From assembly GCA_043228905.1 (NCBI GenBank), contig JBHGNT010000003.1, forward strand, positions 5,766,001 through 5,830,000: a DNA stretch of 64,000 nucleotides, written 5' to 3'. The position numbers and the translations under genes are program-made. Of this stretch, positions 38,748 through 52,005 are shown piece after piece. Under the pieces are notes generated by a model. The model ran no database searches, had not been told where the DNA came from, and was given only the letters and a program-made list of their open reading frames with translations. The number at the start of each line of letters is the position of its first letter. Within the stretch, counting starts at the first letter, position 1. The DNA is from Azolla caroliniana. Lineage: Eukaryota; Plantae; Polypodiophyta.

Positions 38748-41700
38748 TGTGAAGAGCCCTAAATTAGCGGGATGTGAGAACTTAACCTTCGAGGGTTAAG
38801 CTCTTGAGTCATGTATTGAAAGTGAAAATTGCATGAAAAGTCACAACTCAAGGAAATCTCAAAATCCAAACCTTGGAACCAAGTGTGCGAGTCATGTGAA
38901 TACACGACTCCCAAACCTCAAAGGGTCGGCTCACTACAGAGTCTTCAAGCTTGCAAACTATAAAATACTCAAAATGGCAACTGGAATTTTGCCCACTCCA
39001 TTTCCAAGTTTACATTTTATAGCTTTGATTAGAAAGTTATCGTTGGAAATTCTCGGTGGGTTATGGGCAATTCTTGGTTAGTTATAGGTAGTTCTTGGTC
39101 TTCTTGTAACGACCTTAACTAGATCATGGTTTAGTAAAGCCAAACATGATTATAGTTATCTAAACTAGATTGTAGTTAGGACGGACTGTCGTAATACCAC
39201 ATCTCCCTCCAAAAGGGAGAAATCATTCTATGATAATTTCAAAGGAGGTCTTCAATCAATGGTGGCGGCTAACGTGTAGTGGTTGAGGGCAAAGGGTGTT
39301 TGTTGATGTTGGTAATGATTAGCACTTGGAAAAGGCTTCATGCACAAAATGGCTTTATCATGGAGGTGCGTCAAAGCTTCATTCAACTCATGACATTAAA
39401 CTAGGGAAATAGGGATTTGGCATCTTCTACATACATAATGGCATTGTGCCCCTTATTCAATGCCTTTTTCTGTTGCCATTCCACTATGCTTACTTTGTGG
39501 CGGATCACTTGTCGCTATAGTGATCGAGTTTGTCGATGGTAAATCGTCATGTGTCTGCATTCTTTGAGCGGGGTGAGGGTGAGGTCATGTGGGAAATGGG
39601 GGGGTCACATCCATAAAGGACCATAGATGGGTTGATCTAGGTGGAGGCTTGGACCGAAGTGTTTTAAGTATGAACAATGAATGATAAAATTTGGTTGCAT
39701 CTTTGATGTAAGTGATTGAGTTTGTTGCAGGTAAATTGTCACGTGTTTGCATTGTTTGAGTGATGTGAGGGTGGGAAATGGGGGGGTCGCATCCATAAAG
39801 GACCATACATGGGCTGATGTAGGTGGCGACTTGGACCAAAGTGTTTTAAGTATGAACAATGAATGATAAATTTTGGTTGCATCTTTGATGTAAGGGAACG
39901 ACAAAACACACATTTTCTTGTTTTATTGTTTCAATCGTTTGTTCTATCAGTCCATCGGTCTCTAGGTAGTAGGAGGATGTAAATGATTGGTGGATCCCAA
40001 GATGTTCTAACATAATGCTAAGGACCTCACTTTAGAATTAGGAACCTTGGTTGGGCAAACGTCCTAGTGGGCATGTGTATCGGAATATAATGCATTCTCA
40101 TCATTTAGAGGCAACTACTCACGCCATTATGTTTGGGAACGAGAAGGCCTCACACCAACATGTTAGATATTCACTAATGAATAAAATGTACCCATCTGAG
40201 GTGGGAAATGAACCAAGAAAGTCCCAACCGACGAGTTTGAATAGTTCAAGACTAAAATAGGGCTAAATCGGCCACATGGTTGGATTTGTGGTGCAATATG
40301 TTGGCAAGTGTGCACTAATGGAGATAATCGTATACCCTTATTTGCATACATGTGCAACAATATTGGAGCCAAAAAAATTCCAAGACTTTCTGGAATCGAA
40401 GGTGGCCCAACATTTGATGATTGTGGTAGAAATCTATATATGATATGAATGGTTCAAGTATCAACAAAAGAAGGAACTTGACAGGATATAAGGTTAGAGG
40501 CATTGCTCAAAAGTAGGGAAAAAATAGAAAAAAAAGCAAGTTGTGGATATGAAGATTTAGGTCGAGAAAAAAAACTCATAACTTATTCATCCAATGTCCA
40601 AATTTCAAATGAAACGGCTCATAAAAAAGCTGACAATGAGAGCTTTCTAAATATATCTTGTGTGACAAATTTGGGATTAGAAAGGAGAAATAGTGATAAA
40701 AAGCATTCCCTATCTAACACCACATCGACAACAAACATCCAATCCACATGGCCATTATTGTTGATCTGCCATTGACCATGACAAGATTGACAACATATGA
40801 GTAGTGGAATATGTAACACCATAGGGGGATGAGTTGTTTGGAATTGAATCGGTGTTGTGAATGACTTTTTATGAGCCAATCACAACCTAAGGTAAGAAGG
40901 AATAATTGGTTGGGACATTGAATTGGAGAAAATGTGTATCCCTAACATAGAATTGCAATGAGCTTGGGTGTGAGAGTAATATAGACATGGGTGCTCTCGA
41001 ACATAGAATTACAAAAATTTCCTAAGAAGTTTTTTCATCTTCATTTTGTTCAACAAAATGCATAACATTACAAGGATTTCATAACTGATTGGTTGAGCAA
41101 CTACCCTCATACCACCTAGAAAAGAATATATTTGCTTTTTGACCCATATCCAACCATTAGAAGTCCCAAGGCCAAATGTGAAAATCTCTATTCATTCGGT
41201 TCCTTTATGGAAAATTAAGGGAGATGTCAAAGCCTATAACATGCTTTTTTCTACCAGCCAGTGGGGGCTCCTCACCTCGTCTCGTAAGGAAAGTGGTGAT
41301 AACGAAAGTTTGCTACTTTTTTGAATCCCCTTATTTAAAATTTCTCTTATTCAATGAACCTCCTTTTTTTATAGGGTTATTGTGAATAAAAGTATCCATA
41401 GTATGCCGAGATGTTAATAACACGACCGTGGATGTCAACCACAAATTGGTTGAAGTTAAAACCATTCAAGTTGAAAGCCATAGTGTTGATATCATAAAAC
41501 GTGCTAACCTAGGTACGGAAGTTATGCATGAACATAACGCTCATAATTTCCCTCTAGACTTAGCTTCTATTGAAGGTTCTTCTATAAACGGATAATACCC
41601 GTTTAACTATCAATGTTGCTAATTGTAGGAGTGTTATTTGCATCATGTTTTTTAATGGGCAAAATTTTGGATTAGTATGGCCTTGAGAAGTGGTCATTCA

Positions 41701-42398
41701 TTTTTTGTTTCTTCTGTTTAATCAATGAACCATGTAACATCCACATTCTCCAAGAGAGTGTGGACTTCTTGTTCCTTTTGAGTGTTAGACCATATATTTG
41801 ATAACTAGAGTCATTTTTTAAGTGATCTAACCAAGTCAATACATCGTTGGTCAAAGTCCAGAGAAAGAATTTTCCCGAAACATTTGTTGGAAGGAGCTGC
41901 TTTGATTTGGGTATCATTGAAATATGGAAAGCGTCGATGTATTGTTGTCTATGGAAGCTTATATGATTCATCTTGGGATTTTCTGATTAAGTTTGGTAAT
42001 ACGAAACAAATGGGAGATGGGGGAGAGGGCTAAAGGTGGCATTGATCATACGACTAAAATGGTTGAAATACCTATGGTAGAAATTAGAGATGGAGGAGTA
42101 GGCAAACATTTGTCTCAATAGTGCTAGGGTAGATTTAGGTGGGGCTAAGAAAATTTGAAGGGCTAAAAAGAAACAAAAGTGAGGGAGGGGTTACCCTACC
42201 CCTAGACTCAACCAATTTTAATACTCAAGGTCTCCACATAAAAATTGTTCATTCCATTTCCAAGTTTACACTTTGATTAGACAATCATGGTTAGCTATAG
42301 ACAATTATTTGTTAACCTTATCATTGTTGGTTTGATTGAACCATGGTTAAGATTATCTTAATTGTAGTGTAGTTAGGATGGATTATGGCGATACCACA
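38748..42398. mobile_element. Old degenerate LTR retrotransposon with diverged direct repeats
   Basis: Shared TCCATTTCCAAGTTTACA and GTTAGGA(C/T)GGA...ATACCACA at ~38997-39201 and ~42253-42398. Internal ~185-bp tandem units at ~39500-39890. No clear TSD. Confidence 0.45.
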
Positions 42399-42812
42399 AG
42401 ACAAAGGCCGCTCAATGGCCAACACAAGCCTTGTGTGGTTGCATATTGCCGTCAAGCTCTCAACGAACACTCAACCCCAACCGTCGAGGAGTGCCCCAAG
42501 CACTCCCTCAAACCTTGAGGAAGATAAGGCTCAAGCCAGTTGATACCTAAATGTTGAGTGCTCGATGCTCGAAACCTTGAGGAAGCCGAGCTTTGAGGGA
42601 TAACAACCAATCCTCAAGGAAGAACACCTTCCAATGCTCAAAGGTGGAGCATTAGCTCACCCAACCCTTGAGGAGGCCGAGCCTTGAGCACTCGAGTATT
42701 AATGTTCGAGAGTATTGAACCTTTGAGGAATCCAAAACCCGGCTCATCTCCTAGCCTTGAACCTTACCCTAGCTTGGAGCCCAAGCCTTATCCCTTCACA
42801 CATAATTATAAA

Positions 42813-43370
42813 CATAGTATGAACCATGCGTACCATTCGTGCATTTTGTGCTCGAGAATGATTCAATCATTCGAGAAGGGTAAACACTCTCGAAGAATGA
42901 TAAATACCATACTTTTGGATAAATTATTTACTATAAGGCAAATACTTTTTCAAGGTAAAAAAAAATTTAAAAATTGCAAAAAAAAAACATTACCTTCTTA
43001 ATAACAGAAATTACAACAAAATTACAGAAATTATAGCGAAATTACAAAAATTATAGAAATTACAAAACAATTACAGAAATTATAGAAATTAGTGAAAAAT
43101 TACAGAAAGTAATGGCCGGGAGAAGATGTGGTCACTAACTCACTATTGACTAGTGTGCACGATGCAAGCAACAGATCGTTCAAGGAAAAAGGGGAAAAGG
43201 GGAGGAGAGCAGAGCAGAGCGTTGATGTGCAAAGGAAAAGAGGGGAAAAGAGGTAAAAAAACAAAAAAAGGTAAAAAAACACACACGAATATTTGAATAT
43301 CATTCGTGTTTGTTTTCCAACGTAGGAAAACGAATGATATAGTAGACGAACACGAATTTTACGTACTATG
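42813..43370. mobile_element. hAT-type MITE, family B copy 2
   Basis: CATAGTATG...CGTACTATG termini. Perfect 8-bp TSD ATTATAAA. Confidence 0.85.
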
Positions 43371-46300
43371 ATTATAAATATAGATCTACACTTCCAAATA
43401 CACGTCAACCTACTTATATACCTATCGAAACACTTGAACACAAGATAAAAACAAAACTTCATACATACGCGCACTTGCACAAATTCATTGAGGACATGCT
43501 TGCATGAAAGTAGGTAAATAAATACACATGGACATTCACACACTTATGCCTCGCAGCCTATGTATATGTATAGATGTATAAATACATATACAACGACGCT
43601 CCACATACAAATATTCACAAATACACATTTACACATACTCCAATAAATACACATATATAAGCACATAGCATACAAAGTGCACACACTAAATACATATATT
43701 ATCATGCCCATAACGACATTCCCACCCATTTTATCTCACACTCATACACATATATACATGCAAATCTAAACCCCTACATCTTCTTACACATACACTTTCA
43801 AATAAAGCACGTGTAAACATATAAAATAAATGCATATTGTAAAGAATCAAGAGATTGATTCTTGTGAAGCGGAAGTGATATGAGTTATGTGTGTGTATGA
43901 GCGAGAGAGAGTGAGAGCGAGAGAGACAAGGAATACGCAAGGTAAAAGTTTATTGACAAAGGAGAAAGACCCAACTTATACAAGGTGGGAGGAGGGTGCT
44001 TTATGTAGTCACCCACTCTCTTCATTAACTACAAGGCTCATGGAGCATGGGGAATGTGAAAGCTCATAAGTTATGTGTCATAGAATATGATTCTATAACT
44101 CATACTAAATGCTAGAATACAAAGAGGTGACATAATGGTGACTCTTGACTATTGAGGTGTCTCTTCACTCTCAAGGTGAGTTCACACACTAGACCAAGTT
44201 GAGCTTGATTCTTAACACGCCCCCTCAAGCTCAAGTCGGGTCGGTTTCAGACGGTATCCGAAATCCGCTTCAATTCATGTTCGGGAGTCCGCGTCGACTC
44301 ACGTCGACTCGCTTTATGCGGAGTTGCGAAATCCGTGCTCCAGCTTGCGTTGTGCGTAGTTACGAAGTCTATGCTTCGGCTTGCGTGCGTAGTTGCGAAG
44401 TCTGTGCTTTGGCTTGCGTCTTTCTTCGCGGCTTTGCGTGGTAGATCGGCTCTTTGCTGCTACGGTGTGTGGTTGCGGAATCTACGCGTTATTGCGTAGT
44501 GTCTTCAGTACTCCCCCTCAAACTTGGCAGATCAGGGATCGTCAATCCGAGATCGGTCATGAATTGCCATAGCTTGTCGGCTCCTAAGGCTTTAGTGAAG
44601 ATGTCGGCCGTTTGAAGATTGGTGCTTATGTGTTGTAGGTCGACATCGCCAGCCAGAACGCGCCCTCAGATGAAGTGATAGTGCACTTCGATGTGTTTTG
44701 TCCTCGCGTGGAACACCAGGTTCCGAGCCAGATAGATACTGCTCATGTTGTCGCAGTAAAGGGAAGTCGGATCCTTGATGGGTACGCCCAGATCCTTCAA
44801 AATCCTCTTGAGCCATACGGCTTCACACGCAGCTACGGCTGCGCCCCTGTATTCCGCCTTCGTACTCGAAAGAGCGACGGTGAGCTGCTTCTTGCTACTC
44901 CAGGATATTGCTCCGTTGCCAAGGGAGAAAACAAATCCGGAGGTTGATCTTCTATCGGCTTTGTAACCGGCCCAATCGGCGTCTGTGTACCCCTCGAGTC
45001 GTATTGGCATCGCGGTCTTGTAGAGGATGCCGCAATCCATTGTGCCACTCACGTACCGTAGAACTCGCTTAGCGCAATCCAAGTGAGTAGCATGCGGTGT
45101 TTGCATGAATTGGCTAAGGAGACCGACCGGATAAGTGAGATTGGGTCGAGTGATCGTGAGGTAGATGAGACTCCCGATGAGTTGCCGATACTAAGTCGGC
45201 TCACACGCTTTGGTGCCGGAGTTGCACTCAACCATCGAGCGGGGTTGCCACGGATTTGCACTCAACCATCCCGAACTTGTATAACAAGTTGAGGATGTAG
45301 TGCCGTTGAGAGATCATGATTCCGGCCGGAGTCCGAATTACCTCGATGCCGAGGAAGTAGTGGAGCTCCTTCATGTCCGTCATCTCGAACTTGTCGGAAA
45401 GGAGGGATTTGACCTTATTGATTTTGACGAGATGCTCACCTCCAATGACTAGGTCATCCACATATAAAATGATGACGATCGGACTTGCAGAATCGCTTCG
45501 TATGTTGAGGGAATTGTCCGATTTTGACATACGGAAGCCGATTTGATGAAGATATTGCGTTATCTTCGAATGCCAAGCACGCGGTGCTTGCTTGAGGCCG
45601 TAGAGTGGCTTCTTGAGTCAGCATACAACTTTCGGATGGGTGCTCGAGTTGAAGCCGGGTGGTTGTAGCATGTACACCTCCTCTTCTAATTCGCCTTGTA
45701 GAAAGGCATTCTTGACGTCCATTTGATGGAGGTGCCACCCTTTCGCCGCGGCAATCGCAATTACGGTCCGCACCGTCGTCATCTTTGCCACCGGGGCAAA
45801 GGTTTCTTCGTAGTCGATACCATGTGTCTGAGCGTATCCTTTCGCTACGAGTCGAGCTTTGTAGCGGTTGATGGAACCATTGGCGTTATACTTCACCTTG
45901 TAGATCCATCTGCATCCGATTGCCTTTTTGTGTGGTGAGGTGGGAACGAGATCCCACGTCTCGTTCTTCCATAGTGCCTGCATCTCCTCGTTCATTGCTT
46001 CGATCCATCGCGGGTCCTTCGCGGCTTCCAAAAAGGTTTCCGGCTCCCGTATTGTCGCTACCTTCATCATAAAGGCGTAATGGTACGCCATGTAATCGTT
46101 GTAGCCGAATCGACTTACGAGGTTCTTTTCACGAGTGGATCGGTGGAGCTTTTCATTTGCAGAGCTGAGGGCTTTCTTTGCTCCGATTGGTACCTCGAAA
46201 CCGCCGAACTCACTGTCGAGTGAGTGAGTTGACTCATCATCGGTGAAGCGATTGTCTTCGTATTCCGCCATTTTCACCTTGCCTTTGTCCATCTTCGGGC

Positions 46301-46534
46301 TAGGCCGTGATGTGCTTTGATCGCTCAAAGGCTCTTGTGGTCCGCTCAGTCGGGTCGTGATCGAACTTTCTTCGAACATGCGTGTAAGGTGATCTTCATC
46401 CTCTATCTCTTGTTCGGTGGATTCCGGGTCGAGCGGGGTCGGAGTCGAAGTTGTCTCTAGTGCGTATCAAGATGCAGACTCGTCAAAGACGACGTCTCGA
46501 CTTACTCGAGATTGTCGAGTTGAGGGGTTGTAGC

Positions 46535-47171
46535 TGTTGGGAGACAGGTCCCTCCGGATGGGAAGGGAGAAGAACAATGCCGATGAACAAACTCGGCCGA
46601 GGCCGAAACCGGATGAGGAGTACCCGGCTATGGAGAGCCGGATGGTGCAGACCCGGTGTGAACCGGATGAGGAGTACCCGGCTACGAAGAGCTGGATGGT
46701 GCAGACCCGATGTGAACCGAAGGAAGAGACATATTCGTAAATATGTTTCTGAGAGCCCATCGAGGCTATATTTCTAAATAGCCGAAAAGTCATATTAGTA
46801 TAAATATGACTTAGGGAAAACTTTTTGTAGTTGTTGTCATTTTCCGTTTTGCACGAGATTAGTGTGCGTAACTGTATAGAGAGAGAGAGAGAGAGAAAGA
46901 GGTCGTTGCCTCTATTGTAACCGCCGCCTGTGGCGAAGATTTGTGAGCACGAGGTCGGTGCCTCAGTGAACTCACTGTTGTATATTCCTACATAGTGACA
47001 GTTTGCAGCCTGTGGGCTGCCGTGGTTTTTCCCCTAGTTTGGGGTTTTCCACATAAACCTCCTGTGTATTCTCTTCTTCTTCTTGTCGTGTTTTATTTCC
47101 CGTTCTCTGTGTATCATTCTAAGCTCGGTTGTGGCCGAGCGTCATTCATAAGGAACGTTGCGTTCCCATCT
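46535..47171. mobile_element. Solo LTR inserted in Copia integrase, 5-bp TSD GTAGC
   Basis: TGTTGGGA...TCCCATCT termini. GTAGC at 46530-46534 and 47172-47176. Internal ~54-bp tandem repeat and a Copia-LTR-like GTGGTTTTTCCC...GGGTTTTCCAC motif. Confidence 0.8.
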
Positions 47172-47841
47172 GTAGCACTTGTACCCCTTTTGCTCCAGTG
47201 ACTATCCTACGAGGATACATTTCTCCGACTTCGGGTCGAGCTTTTGACGCTTCTCGTCGAGGATGTGCACGTACGCAATGGAGCCGAATATCCGAACATG
47301 TGATAGGTTCGACTTCTTTCCGAAAAATCTTTCATGCAAAGTGACCTCGTGCACGCCAGATGTTGTGCACCGGTGTCGTGAAGATCCGTCACTACGCACG
47401 GATCGTGAGGCGGAACCGTCGGGGTTCTGAACCGGAAGGATTCAAAGTCGGTACAAGCTTTGGCGCAAGCTTTAGCGAGAAAGTACTTAAGATAGATTGG
47501 GAAAGAGAGAAGTTGAGATTACACGATTGAGAGAGACTGATTGAACTTTTAACTTTAGATTTAAGAAACAAGTTACACGATCAATTTGATAACGAATTTC
47601 TTCCTCTTAATTTTCATTTTAAAAAAACGTGTTTTTTCTCCTCCCCCTTCCTTCTTTTCTAGATGCTCTCATGCATATGATGCATGTGAGGGTACAAGAC
47701 ATGCATAAATTGCATGTTTGCCATTTGGCGCTTATGTATTAAATGTGGTGTATGATAACCATGTCACTCATTTTAGCTCTCATGTATGAGAATTTACATG
47801 TAAAAGTACAATGATAGAAATATAATTTCAACTAAATAACA

Positions 47842-47905
47842 TGGCTTAATGGTAAGCCAATTGATTCCTAACTTGGAGGTGCAAGGTTCGAATCCTTACT
47901 TGCCC
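47842..47905 (+). promoter_or_regulatory. tRNA-like Pol III A-box/B-box module in Gypsy LTR (also 62383-62446)
   Basis: A box TGGCTTAATGG and B box GGTTCGAATCC with tRNA-like spacing and T-stem AAGG/CCTT. No acceptor stem. Confidence 0.65.
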
Positions 47906-48523
47906 TCCTTGTATATGTATATATATGTATATATATTTATATATTTATATATTTATTTATCTAGTTGCCGGTTCGTCGGATGCCGTCGGTTACCGGTGCC
48001 TCGCCGGATTGCCGTCGGATGCCGGTGTCTCACTGGCGTCGGATCACCGACTCCATCGCCGGTCCGGTTTTGGTTGGCCAAAACCCTTTACGAGTAGCTA
48101 GCCCACCTCCACTCTTACTTCAAGTTACCTTGAACTCTCTATGCTCCACATATAGACACAAAGATAATATCTTTTGCTTCACCTTATATATGATGAGAGC
48201 CGTATTTGTCGTGCCTATGTGGGATATCTCACAATTTTCTCTTTTCCTTTCACAAACTTTATACCCTCATATCTTGACATTTAGTTGTCCGTTTCTCTTG
48301 TAATAAAGTGCATTCGAAACCTCCATCATTTTGTACTTAGATATTAAATTTATTTAAAATGTTATCTTCACAATTATTGTATTATGTGATTTATACTCGA
48401 TTTTGTACGTTTTATGGGATTTTCACACTATTGTCGAAAATCTTCACGACATCCACCCCCACCAAACCGCACGTCCTCCGGTACGTGCCAAGAAGAGAGA
48501 AAGTGAGATTTCGGCTACGATGA

Positions 48524-51500
48524 TCAATTAGATTCCTCCATGTCTTCATTTTCATCCGGCCTATTATGTTCATCATCGAGGTAATCGAGGTCAGGATCCT
48601 TGTCTTGTCTTTTCTTGAAAATCTTTACTCTTTTTCCCGCAATGGGTACGGCCAACCTTGATCCGTCTAGTTCCGCAAGGTGGTATGTGGCATTATCGTT
48701 GGCACTTGTCACCACATACGACCCGAACCATCTTCTTGCGAACTTCCTTGTTGCACTGTGTTGATTGTCAAGGGTGTTGTCGTAAACCAAGACCCAATCC
48801 CCTTCTTCAATCTTCTTGGGATGAAGTCGATGTGTGTTGTCGAACCGAACCTTGTTCTTTACTCGGGCTGCCTTCATCATCTTTCGCGCTTTTTCTAAAT
48901 CTTCAGGTCTTCTTTCAAGTTGCCTTATCCGCGCCGCTAATAACTCTTCTCGGCTCATCTCGTTCTCCCACGGTATCGCTACCCATGAGGCGATCGTCCT
49001 TTCGATGGGCATAATCGGCTTTTGTCCATACATAAGCTCCATCGGCATATACCCTGTCACCGAGCTATGTGTCATTCTATCGGCCCACAAGGCATAGGGT
49101 AATAGTCGTGGCCAATTCTCGACTCGACCGTTGCATGCCCGTACGATGGCTTTAACGATAGGTCCATGCCCTCGCTCGATCTTCCCATTCGCTTCTGGAT
49201 TGTAGGCAGTCGTGAGGGAGAGCTTCACGCCTAGTCTTTCGAAGAGCTCTGTCGCTTCGTGCGTGTCCAACTCCCCTCGGTCGGCCACTATCTTCCCTAC
49301 ACATCCATATCGGCAAACAACCTCTTCAAGCAGAAATTTGCAAACGGCTAAAGTCGTCTTATTTGTCAAGGCCCGTCCTTCCACTTGATTCGTCAAGTCT
49401 TCCCTCGCCAGCGCTAAGTACTTCATTTGTCCCACTCCCATTGGCATCGAGACCAGATCCACCATCCATTTGAAGTGTATGGTGAGTGGGTATGTCGGCT
49501 GTAACTCATCACGATGACGTATATTTGAATATATTTGGCAAGTTTCGCATGTGGACACGAAATGGAGTATATCTTTGTACATTCTTGGCCACCAGTACTT
49601 CTCCTTCAACTTTTCGAACGTCGCCCATGTTCCTCTATGACCTGCCCAAGCACTCTCGTGGAATTCAGTCATCAACGTCTCTTGCTCTTCTTTCTTTACC
49701 ACCACTCGACGTGGTATTCCTGTCCTTCTTTTTGGATGTCGCCAAAGGAATCCTCCCTTCAAGAAGTATCGGTAAGCTTTCTTTCGGATCCGTAGGGCCT
49801 CCTTTGTCAACGAAGCATCTGTCGTCAATGTTCTTAGGAATCTACCGATGAGTAACCACTCTCCTTCGTACGTGTTCTCGTTGAAGGCGTGGAGGGTTTG
49901 CGTGTCCTAGTCTTCCGCCGACAATCGAGCCATCTTGAAGAAGTCGAGGGCGACATCTTCATCTTCCGAAACCATGTTACTTCCGTTTGAAAATCTTGCC
50001 CTCGACAGCATGTCAGCCATGGCATTCTTCTTCCCTGCAATGTGACGGATCTTTGGGTTTAAAGACTTGATGTAGGCGATCCACCTTAGCATAGCAAGAT
50101 CTGGGGTCGCACATCCCGAGACCATTCCGAGAATTGGGAGACAATCTGTCTCTATTATCACTTCTGACCCGATCAGGTAATCTTTGTTCGTCTTCACTGC
50201 CGACACAATACCCCAAAGTTCCCGCTTGACTTGGGCATATCTTTGTTGCCGTTCGCTGAGAACCTTTGCTCTGAACCGGACGGCATATCGCGCATTATCT
50301 TCACCTTCTTGATTGATGACCCACCCGATTCCGGTTGGGCTCGTATCTACGGTCACGTAAATTGGTTTCCCTTCGGCATAGTCGGCCTTCCTTAGTGCCG
50401 GAGCTTCAAGAAGCAGTTTCTTTAATCTTCGCATCGCCTTTGTGTGCTCGTCTCGCCATTCGAACTTTATTCTTTTCTTTAGTAGTCCATATAACGGTTT
50501 GGCGACATGAGCGTAGTGAGGAATCCATATTTGATAAAACGCGCATGCTCCAAGGAACCTTCGAACCTCCGTTTGGTTTTCGCATTCTTCTTTCATGTCT
50601 TGGATTACGTTCACTTTGGATGGCGATGGCTTCCGGCCGTATGCTCCACACAAGTGACCTACCACCAAGATCTCCGGTTGCCCGAATGCGGATTTTTCTC
50701 CCGAAAATGTCAAATTCGCATCTTCGAGCCTTTGAAGCACCTTCTCGCAATCTTTCATATGATCCGCAACGAACTTTCTACAACCTTCCTTATCTTTCGA
50801 TTCATCTTTCTCCTCATCCGAACATCCTTTTATCGGAATATCATCCAAGAATGGCATCGTGATGTCCGGAATGCAATCCTTCAAGACTTTATTCATGGCA
50901 TTCACCATATGAGCCACCGAGTTCGTTGCGCCTTGGGGTAAGGTACACATCCGCACAAGCCCGATCGGAGTCCTCATGGTTGTAATGTCCCGACTGTCGA
51001 TCGCCAATTGGAATTGGTCATATCCGGAGTAGAGATCGCCAATGGAGTAGATGGACCGGCCCGCAAACGCTTCGGCAAATTCGTCCACGCTTGGACCGAT
51101 TCTGGCATTTCGAATTGTCACCTTGTTGACGGGTTGAAGATCTTGGATGAATCGCAATGATCCATTCTTCTTCGGCACCGTGAACCACCTATTGGAATAA
51201 GGAGCATTCGACGGTTCTAGAATTCCCATACTCACCTTCTCCTTTAAGAGCTCGATCAACTTCGGAAGGTGTGCTCTCGGAACCGGTATCAGTTTCAAAT
51301 TCCAAGGCACATGAGGCACCGTGAAGATCACCATTGGCTCTATAACCTTTGGGTCGGCGCATCCGATTTCTCGTGGGAAGAATGCGAATGCATTCCCATG
51401 TCTCTCAAGCATATCGCGAAACATTCGCTCCTCTTCAGGGCGAAGGAAATCCTCCTTTCCAACTCGTAGCTTCCCCTTCGTCTCTTTGGTGAAGACATGA

Positions 51501-51940
51501 CCTATCTTCTTCGGATCTCTTAAGCTTGGATCGTTAGCGACTTCCTTCATCTTTTGCCAGCTATCTTCCGGTAGCGGAACCGCAACTGACTTGATCTTCT
51601 TATCCACCGTTTTATATTTCGTGTTGATGTCAGCTTCCTTCATCGAGATGCCACAACGGTATTCATCGATGATAGCGTACATGTTGACGGAGTTAACCGA
51701 AATCACGCGTTGGTTGTGAAGATAGCTCAAGTCCACGACGTCCTCGATTTCACCGATGGTGTCGTTAAATGAGGCTTCTTCCATGATATGAGTCATGAAC
51801 TCTCCTTCTTCTATTATGTTCTCTTCTTTCAGCATCTTCTCGAATTCTTGTATCCGGCGCTTGTGCTTCTTGTCGGGTAGTACTAGTTTACATGCGCCAC
51901 TAGGTGTGACACATGTTGCTTCTCCTTGTAATCCACGCAC
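48524..51940 (-). pseudogene. Gypsy pol (RT-RNase H-integrase) with one in-frame TAG at 49907-49909
   Basis: RT (DLYSGYDQ, LPQG, FLDD), RNase H (VDTS, IIETDC), integrase (HESAWAGH..CETCQ, YNPEANGKIERGH). The two ORFs are in the same frame across the stop. Confidence 0.92.
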
Positions 51941-52005
51941 TCTTCTTTCTTGTGGGGTCTTGTGATTGCTCGGACTATTTGTGCCCCATGCTTCAATAGT
52001 CCGCT

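Noticed and set aside
47835-47910. Functional tRNA gene
   Set aside because: A/B boxes are present but there is no acceptor stem or canonical anticodon arm. Kept as a tRNA-like module.
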